61,981 nucleotides of DNA from a virus (IMGVR_UViG_3300023116_000045:1-61981), one strand, 5' to 3'; positions 1 through 8,485 are shown, counted from the stretch's first letter. Made by a program: numbers and translations. Notes: generated from the sequence alone by a model not told the origin.

Positions 1-215
1 ATATCATTGTGAGAGTAAAGATCAAGAAGATCATAACTGTGAAGACCATAAAACCCACACCAGCGGGTATGATCCAGTCTGGCATGGGTTCATGCTTCAT
101 TCTTTCTCACACGCTTTTCTAGCGATACCAGCATGAATGTAAGCAGGAGCAACTAAACCGTTGCAAATCCACTCTAACTCACGGGTCTTGAGATTACAAC
201 AAATGCGATAAGTCA

Positions 216-485
216 TCAGTCTAACCAACTGTCATTGGACTTAAGTTTGCGGACACTTGTGAATCCAGTCGGAGACACATGTATGCCAAACCCGTCGAAA
301 TTGCTGCTGTTCCTAATAACCCAACTCTCAGGACCAACTTCGAGAAGTACACTGCCCATTGCTTCAGAATTGGATAGAGATTCTGCATAACGTCGTTGAG
401 CACGAGATAGACTAAGATGGCGGGATGGTTTATTCCAAAACTCATTGTTTGTTTCTCCAAATTCAATAACTTTGTACAGGATCAT
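216..485 (-). CDS. hypothetical protein
   Basis: 89-aa ORF; its start overlaps the upstream ORF's stop, typical tight phage packing. Confidence 0.6.
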   Translation of the reverse strand: MILYKVIEFGETNNEFWNKPSRHLSLSRAQRRYAESLSNSEAMGSVLLEVGPESWVIRNSSNFDGFGIHVSPTGFTSVRKLKSNDSWLD

Positions 486-697
486 TTGTAGTTGTCAAGA
501 ACACGGTTGAGATCATCAATCGCAGCAAAGAGTGCGGACCTGGCATAACCAACGGCAAAAGGTGCTTGCTTTTGGTAATCTTGAATGTCAGCATCATAAT
601 CTACACCATCACAGACATCAAATGCCTTACGAAGGTCATCAATAGTCCGCTGAATCTTGACCTGATCCATAACTTCCATAGTTTGTGTGTTGTTCAT
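482..697 (-). CDS. hypothetical protein
   Basis: 71-aa ORF; ATG lies 9 nt downstream of the repeated junction motif. Confidence 0.65.
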   Translation of the reverse strand: MNNTQTMEVMDQVKIQRTIDDLRKAFDVCDGVDYDADIQDYQKQAPFAVGYARSALFAAIDDLNRVLDNYK

Positions 698-706
698 ATC
701 AGAGAG

Positions 707-721
707 ACAATGTGCAGGCTC
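707..721 (-). repeat. intergenic 15-bp repeat GAGCCTGCACATTGT, copy 1 of 6
   Basis: plus-strand acaatgtgcaggctc; other copies at 1328, 1712, 4674, 4929 and 7780 (variant). Confidence 0.9.
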
Positions 722-730
722 AGTAAATCT

Positions 731-1303
731 TCAGAAGGTGAACTTGGTAGGTTCTCCACAGAACTCAGTGACCTTGTTTGCGATACTCGTGGCAGAGATG
801 TCAGAAGCAACGGTGTATGCTTCCACCTCCAACCTGATGTCTGCCATATCCAAACCATCTTCTTCCAGATCGTCAATCAAACCCATCAGTTGTTCTTTAG
901 ACCAACTAGACTTAGTGAGGAAGGAGATGAGTGAATCTTCATCATGAAAAAGGTTTGCAAGTTTTCCATCTCCCATGCGACCTTCGTTGCAATCTTGTAC
1001 AACATGATGACCCTCATGACGTAGAGTGTCTAGATCATTTGCAGTCCAGGAGACTTGTTTCCCATCCCAAACCTTTGCGTTATCTTGACAAATAACCAAC
1101 CTTCTTTTGTAAGTATAATATGCGCCACCACCGCGTGAATCTTCATCACAAACGTCGGGTGTGTTGACCTTCATCGTTATACCAACATCTTGGAGTGCGT
1201 TCCACAAACCTTGGTGTTCTTCAAAGGTACCATTTGGACCAGCGAGTGCGGGAGTTGCAGTAGCAGAGAGTGCCAGAATGGCACCAGTGAGAACTTTTTT
1301 CAT
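731..1303 (-). CDS. exported zincin-like metalloprotein (HExxH)
   Basis: likely start MKKVLTGAILALSATATPALA (signal peptide with AxA site); LRHEGHHVVQD motif and a downstream EVEAY third-ligand-like segment. Confidence 0.65.
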   Translation of the reverse strand: MKKVLTGAILALSATATPALAGPNGTFEEHQGLWNALQDVGITMKVNTPDVCDEDSRGGGAYYTYKRRLVICQDNAKVWDGKQVSWTANDLDTLRHEGHHVVQDCNEGRMGDGKLANLFHDEDSLISFLTKSSWSKEQLMGLIDDLEEDGLDMADIRLEVEAYTVASDISATSIANKVTEFCGEPTKFTF

Positions 1304-1327
1304 TAAAGTGTGTCTTATGTTAGTGGA

Positions 1328-1342
1328 ACAATGTGCGGGCTC
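1328..1342 (-). repeat. intergenic 15-bp repeat, copy 2 (GAGCCCGCACATTGT)
   Basis: plus-strand acaatgtgcgggctc, one mismatch to consensus. Confidence 0.9.
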
Positions 1343-1352
1343 AGAAAATATG

Positions 1353-1688
1353 TCAGAGACCGTTTTGTTGAACTTCAGGACGAACCAGTTCCATCTTATT
1401 GAAGGAATTGTCTGTTTCGTACTCTTCAATCATGGGTGCCATTACAACGCCAGCAACCATTAGTTGACCAACAAGTAGAACAGGAGCGGCAGGGATACCA
1501 AGAATAACCCACGGAGTCCACTTACCTTGGAGTCCACGGATTGCACCCCATGATGCTAAAGCACCGAGAGGACCAGCAGTGAATAATCCAATCATTCCTG
1601 CGATACCTTGTTCAAAACCAGTTACAGTCTGGCGTACCATCACACGCTCTTCATTGTTAGTGATGGGATCAGGAAGTGTTTGAGTCAT
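1353..1688 (-). CDS. hypothetical membrane protein (glycine-zipper-like)
   Basis: start MTQTLPD; hydrophobic segments GIAGMIGLFTAGPLGALASWGA and WVILGIPAAPVLLVG. Confidence 0.6.
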   Translation of the reverse strand: MTQTLPDPITNNEERVMVRQTVTGFEQGIAGMIGLFTAGPLGALASWGAIRGLQGKWTPWVILGIPAAPVLLVGQLMVAGVVMAPMIEEYETDNSFNKMELVRPEVQQNGL

Positions 1689-1711
1689 AATGATAATCTC
1701 GTACCAATGGG

Positions 1712-1726
1712 ACAATGTGCAGGCTC
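1712..1726 (-). repeat. intergenic 15-bp repeat, copy 3
   Basis: plus-strand acaatgtgcaggctc, overlapping the TGA of the upstream small ORF. Confidence 0.9.
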
Positions 1727-1886
1727 AATCTTTGTTAGAAACCAAACGAACAGCAGTAATCTTGGCACCAGGATTGCGTGCCTCCATTAGTTTCTTTGCC
1801 GCTGCCTGAGTTACAACACCAGACACCTCAATGTCGTGTGAGGTGTATCCGTTGCCACCGTGAATGTGCCCTTTGTAAGTTGCCAT
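1725..1886 (-). CDS. small hypothetical protein (53 aa, not in ORF track)
   Basis: read manually as MATYKGHIHGGNGYTSHDIEVSG...RLVSNKD*; fills the gap between neighbours exactly. Confidence 0.6.
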   Translation of the reverse strand: MATYKGHIHGGNGYTSHDIEVSGVVTQAAAKKLMEARNPGAKITAVRLVSNKD

Positions 1887-1888
1887 AA

Positions 1889-2953
1889 TCATCTAATGAT
1901 GTCGATGTCTTGTTTATCACCCCACAACTCAAGTTGAGTCCTAAGGTTCTTGTTTGATACAAGTTTATCATACCTTTTTGCTGCTTTCTTTCTCCACCAT
2001 TCGATTGCATCATCTTTGTCATAATCAAAGAAACCCATATAAGAACGCTTGCGCTCTGTGAGTGACTTTGCATGTTCAATCGCTGCGTTAAACTCTTCCA
2101 ACTTGCCCTCATCTTGCAGTGACTTCTTCACAATGGAGATCATCTTTGTTTGGATCTTGAGTTTCTTTGATGACTTGTCTGCTGAGATGAGTCTTTCACC
2201 ACCGTTGGCATTGTTATTGAACCACCAGAACATTTCATTGAAATAATCATCATGAAACAGGGGCAAGAAGTTGCTTTCAGTGTCACCAACGTGACGAACA
2301 AATGGTTTCAGACCATCATACATTGACACACCTTTGGTAGATCCATAAAGCGATGTTGTCTCGAAATACTTTAGATCAGTGCCATACTTCTCATCGAACT
2401 GTTGTTTCAGGTAACTGGAAGATGCAAGCAGACACAATAACTTACCACCCAGGTAGTTGTAACCAAATGGTTGTACTGGAACGATGTTAAATCCCATCAC
2501 AAACTCTTTGTTTATCTGTGACAGTGACAATACCTTACCGAAGTAATCATTGCGTGGTTTGGAATTAATCGTGGGTGACCCAAATCGCACCACACCAACT
2601 ACCTTATCGGTAGTATCTTCAGTCACAATCCACTTCAGTGTGCGACCAGGAATTGCTTCTTCGATTGCATTGGATGCAGTCAAGTTCAGAACCTCAGAGT
2701 ACATCTGCTGCGTGTACTTACTCTTAGGTTTGTTAGACGTGTCCACCACATGAATGGAGAACTTCATGTCATTGGGATGGACAGAAAAGTCAGAGAAGAT
2801 GTCATCCTCAGGACCAAAGAGTGTGCCCGAGGACTTATCCAACCTGCTCTGCTTTACATGACGAAAGTATTCATCAATGCGGTTAAACTGTGTGTAATAT
2901 GAGATGAACTGGTCCGCTGCCCAAACAGCATCTTCAGGTGTCAATGATGCCAT
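1889..2953 (-). CDS. DUF4338 / DruA-like protein
   Basis: motifs PGRTLKWIV, VPVQPFGYNYLGGKLLCLL, ETTSLYG and SMYDGL resemble DruA/DUF4338; extended -10 TGATACAAT just upstream. Confidence 0.6.
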   Translation of the reverse strand: MASLTPEDAVWAADQFISYYTQFNRIDEYFRHVKQSRLDKSSGTLFGPEDDIFSDFSVHPNDMKFSIHVVDTSNKPKSKYTQQMYSEVLNLTASNAIEEAIPGRTLKWIVTEDTTDKVVGVVRFGSPTINSKPRNDYFGKVLSLSQINKEFVMGFNIVPVQPFGYNYLGGKLLCLLASSSYLKQQFDEKYGTDLKYFETTSLYGSTKGVSMYDGLKPFVRHVGDTESNFLPLFHDDYFNEMFWWFNNNANGGERLISADKSSKKLKIQTKMISIVKKSLQDEGKLEEFNAAIEHAKSLTERKRSYMGFFDYDKDDAIEWWRKKAAKRYDKLVSNKNLRTQLELWGDKQDIDIIR

Positions 2954-2983
2954 AACGAAGAGTGAACCACAGTGTTTATTGTA

Positions 2984-3598
2984 TCAGTTTGCCATCCTTT
3001 TGTTGACTCTTCTCTTAATCTCCTGAGGACCAACTGTCTCGCCTTTCTTCTTTGCCTTGTCTCTTTCTTGGTCAGACATGATACCTTTCAGTTTCTTTTC
3101 ACCTGCTCTTCTGAGTTTAACTTGCTCAGGTCTGCTGTACCCTGTGGGTTTGGCAGGTTTGTAATCAGGAGAGACTGGTTTCTTTTCCTTGGCAGGTGTA
3201 TCTTTCTTCAAAACTTCAGATGCACTCTTTGCTTGCTTTTCGCCACGCTCTCTTGCTTTTCTCTCAAGATATGCCTTGCGTTGTGCTTCTTTAGGTGACA
3301 ATGCTGCTGCACCTCTTTCACCCTTAGGCATGGCAGGTCCACCAGCCTTACCTGTGCGAGTTTGACCAATATCTTTACGATCTTTCTGTGTGACTGGTGC
3401 TGTCTTACCACCACCGATTGCCTTGACTCTTTTACCAGTTCCTGGTTCTTGTCTACGCTTTGCTCCTATTCTTCCGCCCTCACCTGCTTGTCTCACAGAG
3501 GAAGAACCTTGGAGAGCAGGATCTAAACCACGTCTCTTAACTTGGACGACTTCGTTGATGCGTTGAACCAGAGACTTCTTGCCTAACATGACACACAA
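2984..3598 (-). CDS. Lys/Arg-rich low-complexity hypothetical protein
   Basis: highly basic 204-aa ORF; late-promoter-like ATAAATA at 3612-3618. Confidence 0.7.
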   Translation of the reverse strand: MCVMLGKKSLVQRINEVVQVKRRGLDPALQGSSSVRQAGEGGRIGAKRRQEPGTGKRVKAIGGGKTAPVTQKDRKDIGQTRTGKAGGPAMPKGERGAAALSPKEAQRKAYLERKARERGEKQAKSASEVLKKDTPAKEKKPVSPDYKPAKPTGYSRPEQVKLRRAGEKKLKGIMSDQERDKAKKKGETVGPQEIKRRVNKRMAN

Positions 3599-3610
3599 TA
3601 AACCAGTGTA

Positions 3611-3766
3611 TTATTTATCTTTAGTCGCTGCCAACTGCCTCTCCAACTCAAACTTAACCTGTATCAGATGATTAGAAAAGAAACCAGAGAACTGATTACC
3701 ATAAAGTAAGTCCCATGCCTTCTGAATGTGATCCTTTGCTTTAGTCAGTCGTTCGCGTTGGTTCAT
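3611..3766 (-). CDS. small hypothetical protein
   Basis: likely start MNQRERLTKAK overlapping the upstream stop. Confidence 0.5.
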   Translation of the reverse strand: MNQRERLTKAKDHIQKAWDLLYGNQFSGFFSNHLIQVKFELERQLAATKDK

Positions 3767-4650
3767 TGGAAGCGTCCATTGTTGAAGTTTTGGAAGGCGA
3801 AAGTAGGTCTGTCCACTAACTTGAAACTGGCATCCAAGGTGTGCCACACATATCCTTCAGCAGGAACTTTGCGACCTGCAAGATAAGCAGTGGGAGAATT
3901 GTAGACGATCAAAGAGTTCATCAGATCCTCCTTGATGTCAATCGTGAGCATGTAAAGATTAGCAAGATGAGGACAACCAACGATGTCAGTCAGGATCTGG
4001 TCGTTGAGATGCTGACCGTCACGAATGACAGCGTTAATTGCCTTCTTTGCTTCTGCTGCTTCCTTATCATCAAGGAACCCAATCACGTCAGGATTACTAA
4101 CGTTAGGTGCTCCAACGGTAAGGCGTTTCTTGTCAACAAATGGCTGCACATACAAGCAGTCTTTGTTGCTCGGGATGTCATCAACGATGGGGAAAGCAAC
4201 TGCATCTTTGAGTGTAGGTCCTTCGTAGTAAGTGTGCGGTGCAACGACAATCTTTTCCTGAATGGGTTCAGGGAAGACATACTCAATGGTGTTGGGTTTT
4301 AGAGTGTCAATGCCACACCCATAACCAATAAAGTCACCTTGATAGATACCCTGAGTGAAGGGAAGATACTTCCAACAAGCAGTCAGAACAGCAGCGAGTT
4401 CTGGTTGCTCACCATAATAAGTCTTGATGTCTTCGATAGAATAACAGATCTTGATCTTACGCTTGTTGAACACAGACTTGGTGCCAACAAACTCATCACC
4501 AGTGGCAGGATCGACACCCCAAACGATAGCAGGACTGCCATCCATCTTTACACTGATGTGCTCTGCTTCATCGAAGAGAGACTCAAGAACCCACAGATTA
4601 CCTGTGAGGATTAGATCTTCAGGGTGTTCGAGATGTAGGTTCTTAGTCAT
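3763..4650 (-). CDS. ATP-dependent ligase-like covalent nucleotidyltransferase (RNA-ligase-like)
   Basis: motif I KxDG (SVKMDGSP), motif III-like YQGDFI, motif IV EGYV, motif V-like FKLVDR. Confidence 0.6.
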   Translation of the reverse strand: MTKNLHLEHPEDLILTGNLWVLESLFDEAEHISVKMDGSPAIVWGVDPATGDEFVGTKSVFNKRKIKICYSIEDIKTYYGEQPELAAVLTACWKYLPFTQGIYQGDFIGYGCGIDTLKPNTIEYVFPEPIQEKIVVAPHTYYEGPTLKDAVAFPIVDDIPSNKDCLYVQPFVDKKRLTVGAPNVSNPDVIGFLDDKEAAEAKKAINAVIRDGQHLNDQILTDIVGCPHLANLYMLTIDIKEDLMNSLIVYNSPTAYLAGRKVPAEGYVWHTLDASFKLVDRPTFAFQNFNNGRFQ

Positions 4651-4673
4651 AATCAAGTCTTCGTATCAAGGGA

Positions 4674-4688
4674 ACAATGTGCAGGCTC
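4674..4688 (-). repeat. intergenic 15-bp repeat, copy 4
   Basis: plus-strand acaatgtgcaggctc. Confidence 0.9.
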
Positions 4689-4697
4689 CGTAAATCT

Positions 4698-4904
4698 TCA
4701 CGCCTCAGTCTCTGCCATAACTTTGCCAGCGTTGGAAGGACCAACCCATACCTTACCGTCAGCATAATATTGACGGACGTGAGAACGACGGAGTTCGACC
4801 AGTTCGTTGTATCGTGCTTGTTGTTCACGAGTGTACTGGAAGTTCTGTTTCTGCCAGTCTTTCCGCAGTTGCTGAAGTTCCAGGAGAGTTTCGCGTTGAA
4901 TCAT
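4698..4904 (-). CDS. hypothetical protein
   Basis: 68-aa ORF bracketed by two copies of the junction repeat. Confidence 0.65.
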   Translation of the reverse strand: MIQRETLLELQQLRKDWQKQNFQYTREQQARYNELVELRRSHVRQYYADGKVWVGPSNAGKVMAETEA

Positions 4905-4928
4905 AATGTTGTTTCTTACAATGAGGAG

Positions 4929-4943
4929 ACAATGTGCAGGCTC
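4929..4943 (-). repeat. intergenic 15-bp repeat, copy 5
   Basis: plus-strand acaatgtgcaggctc, overlapping the TGA of 4942..5172. Confidence 0.9.
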
Positions 4944-5172
4944 AGAAAATCTTTTTCTTCATCGTTTTGTTGATGAATGTCTTGGCAGACGAGAAGTTCT
5001 TGCAATACTTTACCACAACACCGTGGTGAATAATGGCAAGTTGATGTCTGCTGCCAATCACAGGAATGGCAGCAATCATGTTCTCATCTTTCCAGTTCTT
5101 ACCAATAATAAACCCTGGCGATCCTGGTTTAGCGTCCAAGATCGTTGGGTGTTCATATTGTAGAAACTTCAA
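4942..5172 (-). CDS. hypothetical protein
   Basis: 76-aa ORF with a TTG start overlapping the upstream stop. Confidence 0.6.
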   Translation of the reverse strand: MKFLQYEHPTILDAKPGSPGFIIGKNWKDENMIAAIPVIGSRHQLAIIHHGVVVKYCKNFSSAKTFINKTMKKKIF

Positions 5173-5348
5173 GAGAAATAATAATCAGGGACAGACAGGT
5201 TCTCCACATAGGCATCAGCACTTTCTCCACCTTCAAGTTGAAGAACTTCTGCCCAATCAATCTGATGCGGATCAAACTCATGATCAAACACTTCAAGGTC
5301 CAACGTGATACGATAACGGGTCTTCTGAGGAAGGTAAGTCATGCCCAT
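5169..5348 (-). CDS. small acidic hypothetical protein (59 aa, not in ORF track)
   Basis: read manually as MGMTYLPQKTRYRITLDLEVFDHEFDPHQIDW...; AGGAG SD upstream. Confidence 0.6.
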   Translation of the reverse strand: MGMTYLPQKTRYRITLDLEVFDHEFDPHQIDWAEVLQLEGGESADAYVENLSVPDYYFS

Positions 5349-5375
5349 GAGAGGAACTCCTGTGATTACTGAATC

Positions 5376-5431
5376 ATTGTAACCCCAATATTGCCAGTCG
5401 TCCAGCCCCTTGTGACACTATGGATAGTGTC
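5376..5431 (-). promoter_or_regulatory. sigma70-like early promoter with upstream stem-loop
   Basis: TGGACG-17 nt-TACAAT on the minus strand, preceded by inverted repeat GACACTAT-cc-ATAGTGTC (5414-5431). Confidence 0.6.
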
Positions 5432-5438
5432 TTTATAT

Positions 5439-6152
5439 TTAGTACACAGACAAGTTTTTATCAGTTACATCCTTCAGGTAAGAATTTAATCTGTCAATGG
5501 CTCCAGTGTTTCTCAGTCCTTTGAACACAAGATTACCCTGTGCAAATTCACCACCTTTCTGAATGGATTGTCTTCTCAGTTTGAAAACTCTTTCCTTGAT
5601 CCACTTCAGTTGCTCTGGATTAGCAACACCAGTGTCAATAATCTCATCAATCTCTGCTTCCAGATCTTTCACTCTGGACTGGATGACTACATCATCACCC
5701 TTGGGTGCTTCAGTGCTGGGTTCTGTAATCCATCTACCTTTCTCTAACGAATAACGTCCCTGTCTTGCTGGTTTGGGATCATCAACGTCTTCAGCATAAA
5801 CTTCAACTTCAGTGCCAAAGATGGTGACATCCTGTTCATATGACCACAACTTCTTTCTTGCTCTCAGATAATCATCCAACAGTTCCTCACACTCACTGAC
5901 CTTGGACTTGTCAACAATCAAGTGTAGATCAAGATCAGACTGTGAGTTATAAAGATAAGAGGCATTACCACCTACCAGGTGCATATCTTCGATCGCTTCT
6001 TTGGGGATACCGATAGCATCTGCCCAGTAATTACCAATCTTCAGCAGACCCTTACGCACCTCAGGCTTCAGGGTTTTGCCATCCCAGAACTTAGGATTGA
6101 GGGTGCGTTCTTTATCCTTTTGTTCACGGATAAAGACATTTAGAGTCTTCAT
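5439..6152 (-). CDS. Pol-beta-superfamily nucleotidyltransferase
   Basis: hGG...DxD signature (LVGGNASYLYNSQSDLDLHLIVD) plus third acid in EVEVYAED; late promoter ATAAATA at 6175-6181. Confidence 0.7.
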   Translation of the reverse strand: MKTLNVFIREQKDKERTLNPKFWDGKTLKPEVRKGLLKIGNYWADAIGIPKEAIEDMHLVGGNASYLYNSQSDLDLHLIVDKSKVSECEELLDDYLRARKKLWSYEQDVTIFGTEVEVYAEDVDDPKPARQGRYSLEKGRWITEPSTEAPKGDDVVIQSRVKDLEAEIDEIIDTGVANPEQLKWIKERVFKLRRQSIQKGGEFAQGNLVFKGLRNTGAIDRLNSYLKDVTDKNLSVY

Positions 6153-6364
6153 TTCTGGAGTTCACACTGATTATTATTTATCCACCACACATTGTTCCAG
6201 TGTCTTACTGCGTTAGAAACAATGGCCACATTAGTGACAAAGTAAGTGATGAGTATAACAGTGCGTATGAGAGCAACTGTGTCTGCCTCTTTGTCATTTT
6301 TACCTGCCTTTTCTCCTAATGCCTTTGCCCAAAGTCTCCAAATCGTTTTCTTTTTCTTACTCAC
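6149..6364 (-). CDS. small hypothetical membrane protein
   Basis: WRLWAKALGEKAG followed by one hydrophobic helix. Confidence 0.65.
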   Translation of the reverse strand: MSKKKKTIWRLWAKALGEKAGKNDKEADTVALIRTVILITYFVTNVAIVSNAVRHWNNVWWINNNQCELQK

Positions 6365-6801
6365 AGGGGTTCTTCTTCTCCCAGGTTCAGATGTAATTTA
6401 TCTGTCGGAACAAATGGGTCCATACTGCCTGGAAGAACGATGAGAGGTACAGTCTGTCTTGGCATGAATGGTGGCAATTTCTTTTCATCAGGCCAGACTT
6501 CATCCAACTCTGCCTCAATCTTTTCAGTTAGACCATCATTATTGCAATATTCACAAGGAAAAGCAGGATAAACAGGTAATGGAGGGAGAGGATTGTTGAA
6601 ATACTCATCCCTCACCGCTTGCATAATGTGTTTGGGAGTTCCATAGAAACCATGGTTCTCCCACAAACAATCAAGATAACGAATGTCATCACGTTCAGCA
6701 TCAAATGTGACAGCATCACAATATCTAAGAATGTCAGGTGTAACTTCAACTCGTCCACCGCCCCATCCAGCGGGAACTTCCATAATAAAGGGTACCATCA
6801 C
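6361..6801 (-). CDS. hypothetical protein
   Basis: 146-aa ORF coupled to both neighbours. Confidence 0.6.
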   Translation of the reverse strand: MMVPFIMEVPAGWGGGRVEVTPDILRYCDAVTFDAERDDIRYLDCLWENHGFYGTPKHIMQAVRDEYFNNPLPPLPVYPAFPCEYCNNDGLTEKIEAELDEVWPDEKKLPPFMPRQTVPLIVLPGSMDPFVPTDKLHLNLGEEEPL

Positions 6802-6959
6802 CCACCTCTTTCTTTTAATGAACGAACAAGATAAGAAGTAAAGTCTTCCATCTTGCTTGGAACTACAAACTGTGGACCATCATTGATTGCCTTTTTGAGT
6901 GCTTCCATGTCCTCCCACTCTTCTTCGGTAAGAGTAGTGTTGGCCCCTTGTTTTGTCAT
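6798..6959 (-). CDS. small hypothetical protein (53 aa, not in ORF track)
   Basis: read manually as MTKQGANTTLTEEEWEDMEALKKAIND...ERGG*. Confidence 0.55.
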   Translation of the reverse strand: MTKQGANTTLTEEEWEDMEALKKAINDGPQFVVPSKMEDFTSYLVRSLKERGG

Positions 6960-7482
6960 AGATGTTTTGAATGTGTTGAAATTCTAACATCTTATTTACA
7001 GAAATCAACTGTTCTTAAGAGTGTCTTTAGATTGTCGTCACTGACGGTAACATTGAATTGCGTCAGCATTAACATTACGACAAACAAACTCCATGTTATC
7101 CACCTTTGTAACAACAAAGTAAGTCATCAGAGCAAGGTAAAAGTTCATGATGACGAACCACATTGTGACCAGTCTAGGATTGCGAATTAACTTCATTGGT
7201 GCTCTTCTCAAGTTGCTTCAGTGCAGCAATCAGTTCAGGTGTCTCTTCCCAGGTCCACACTTCTTCGTGACCTTTGCTATCAATCTTTTTGAATTCTTTA
7301 GTTGCCATAATCAATCGTTCTTGTGGTCTCTAATTAGTATAACATCCTTGTAGGATTCTGGGAACACTACAAGAAGAGGGTAATCCCTACCCTTTACTGC
7401 CCGACCCTTGATCACAATGTACTTCTCATCAATAAAAGACACGATTCCCTTGTGATGTTTGTAGATAACTTCATCTCTGAGG

Positions 7483-7770
7483 TTAAATGAAAGCACGTTC
7501 GAGTGGGTTGAGGTTGAGGGGCATGGAGGTGAAATCACGGGTGCCATCGACAGCGACCTCTTTACCTATTGTTTTTGCGTTAACTGGGGCAAAGTACTTC
7601 CCGTCTCTGGTTCGATAGAATCCCCAGATTGAACGCACGCATTCACCACCAGCAAACACATAATCGTACTCATGGTACAACCAAATTGCCAGATATCCGC
7701 TCTTGAACGATTCAACTTCATAGTGATATCCTTTGGGTGCGGTATGCGGGAACGATTCAGGAAGTTTCAT
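7483..7770 (-). CDS. hypothetical protein
   Basis: 95-aa ORF starting 9 nt after a variant junction repeat. Confidence 0.65.
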   Translation of the reverse strand: MKLPESFPHTAPKGYHYEVESFKSGYLAIWLYHEYDYVFAGGECVRSIWGFYRTRDGKYFAPVNAKTIGKEVAVDGTRDFTSMPLNLNPLERAFI

Positions 7771-7779
7771 AACAATGGG

Positions 7780-7794
7780 TCAATCTGCAGGCTC
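7780..7794 (-). repeat. intergenic repeat, variant copy 6 (GAGCCTGCAGATTGA)
   Basis: plus-strand tcaatctgcaggctc, overlapping the TGA of 7793..8023. Confidence 0.7.
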
Positions 7795-8023
7795 AAAAAG
7801 AAGGGTCGCCTACAGGTTCTTGAGTTCTAACAAGATGTTCTTGCATTGATGCCTTCTTATTATGAAGATAATCAAGAATCTCTTGGCGAAGTGCCATCAG
7901 TTCATCAAAACATTCTTGTTCTCTTGATGCTGCCCGAAGTTCAAAGTCGGGTTTGTAAACGCTCTCGATAAAGAGATCGAGAGCTGCCTGTTCTTTTTCC
8001 GAAGGGATCATATCAGTCATCAT
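7793..8023 (-). CDS. hypothetical protein
   Basis: 76-aa ORF coupled to neighbours. Confidence 0.6.
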   Translation of the reverse strand: MMTDMIPSEKEQAALDLFIESVYKPDFELRAASREQECFDELMALRQEILDYLHNKKASMQEHLVRTQEPVGDPSF

Positions 8024-8162
8024 AGAACTTGTTCTGATCGAGTTCCATTTCGACCAACTCGATGACTCTCTTCAGTTTCTCAATCTCAGTCTTTTGTTCT
8101 TCGATTGTTGCTTGGAGTTCGTCGATGTGCTTTTGCAGATCTTGAACGAATTGATCGGACAT
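8013..8162 (-). CDS. small coiled-coil hypothetical protein
   Basis: likely start MSDQFVQDLQ after an AGGAG SD. Confidence 0.55.
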   Translation of the reverse strand: MSDQFVQDLQKHIDELQATIEEQKTEIEKLKRVIELVEMELDQNKFYDD

Positions 8163-8185
8163 GGTTTTTTCTCCTATCGTGTTAT

Positions 8186-8476
8186 TTATCCCCAGACATC
8201 GGGGCAAAGTTCTCGTGACCATTCAGCACCTAGGACAACGCCACGTTCTTGACGTTCACCATAATGGTTGACATAAGTTGGTTTCTCACCAAGAACAATC
8301 GACGCATCAATTGCCAACTCCATTGCTCGATCATTTCCAACACCACGCCAACGTGCTTCACAGTAAGTGTCAGCAAAGGTACCAGGACGAAGACGTGACT
8401 CAGCAAGTGCTGCTGATGGAACTAATGCTGCTGCAAGAGCAAGACAACCAAGTAGTTTCTTCATAAGAAATCTCAT
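8186..8476 (-). CDS. exported hypothetical protein
   Basis: signal-peptide-like MKKLLGCLALAAALVPSAALA. Confidence 0.6.
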   Translation of the reverse strand: MRFLMKKLLGCLALAAALVPSAALAESRLRPGTFADTYCEARWRGVGNDRAMELAIDASIVLGEKPTYVNHYGERQERGVVLGAEWSRELCPDVWG

Positions 8477-8485
8477 TCGATGTTA

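Noticed and set aside
1304-1429. N-terminal extensions given by the ORF track (also 53309-53443, 58669-58791 and 61168-61305)
   Set aside because: They overlap upstream genes or promoters; downstream starts fit the recognisable protein N-termini better
707-4943. 15-bp repeats as a CRISPR array
   Set aside because: Repeats are too short and are separated by whole genes of irregular length; no cas genes in the window
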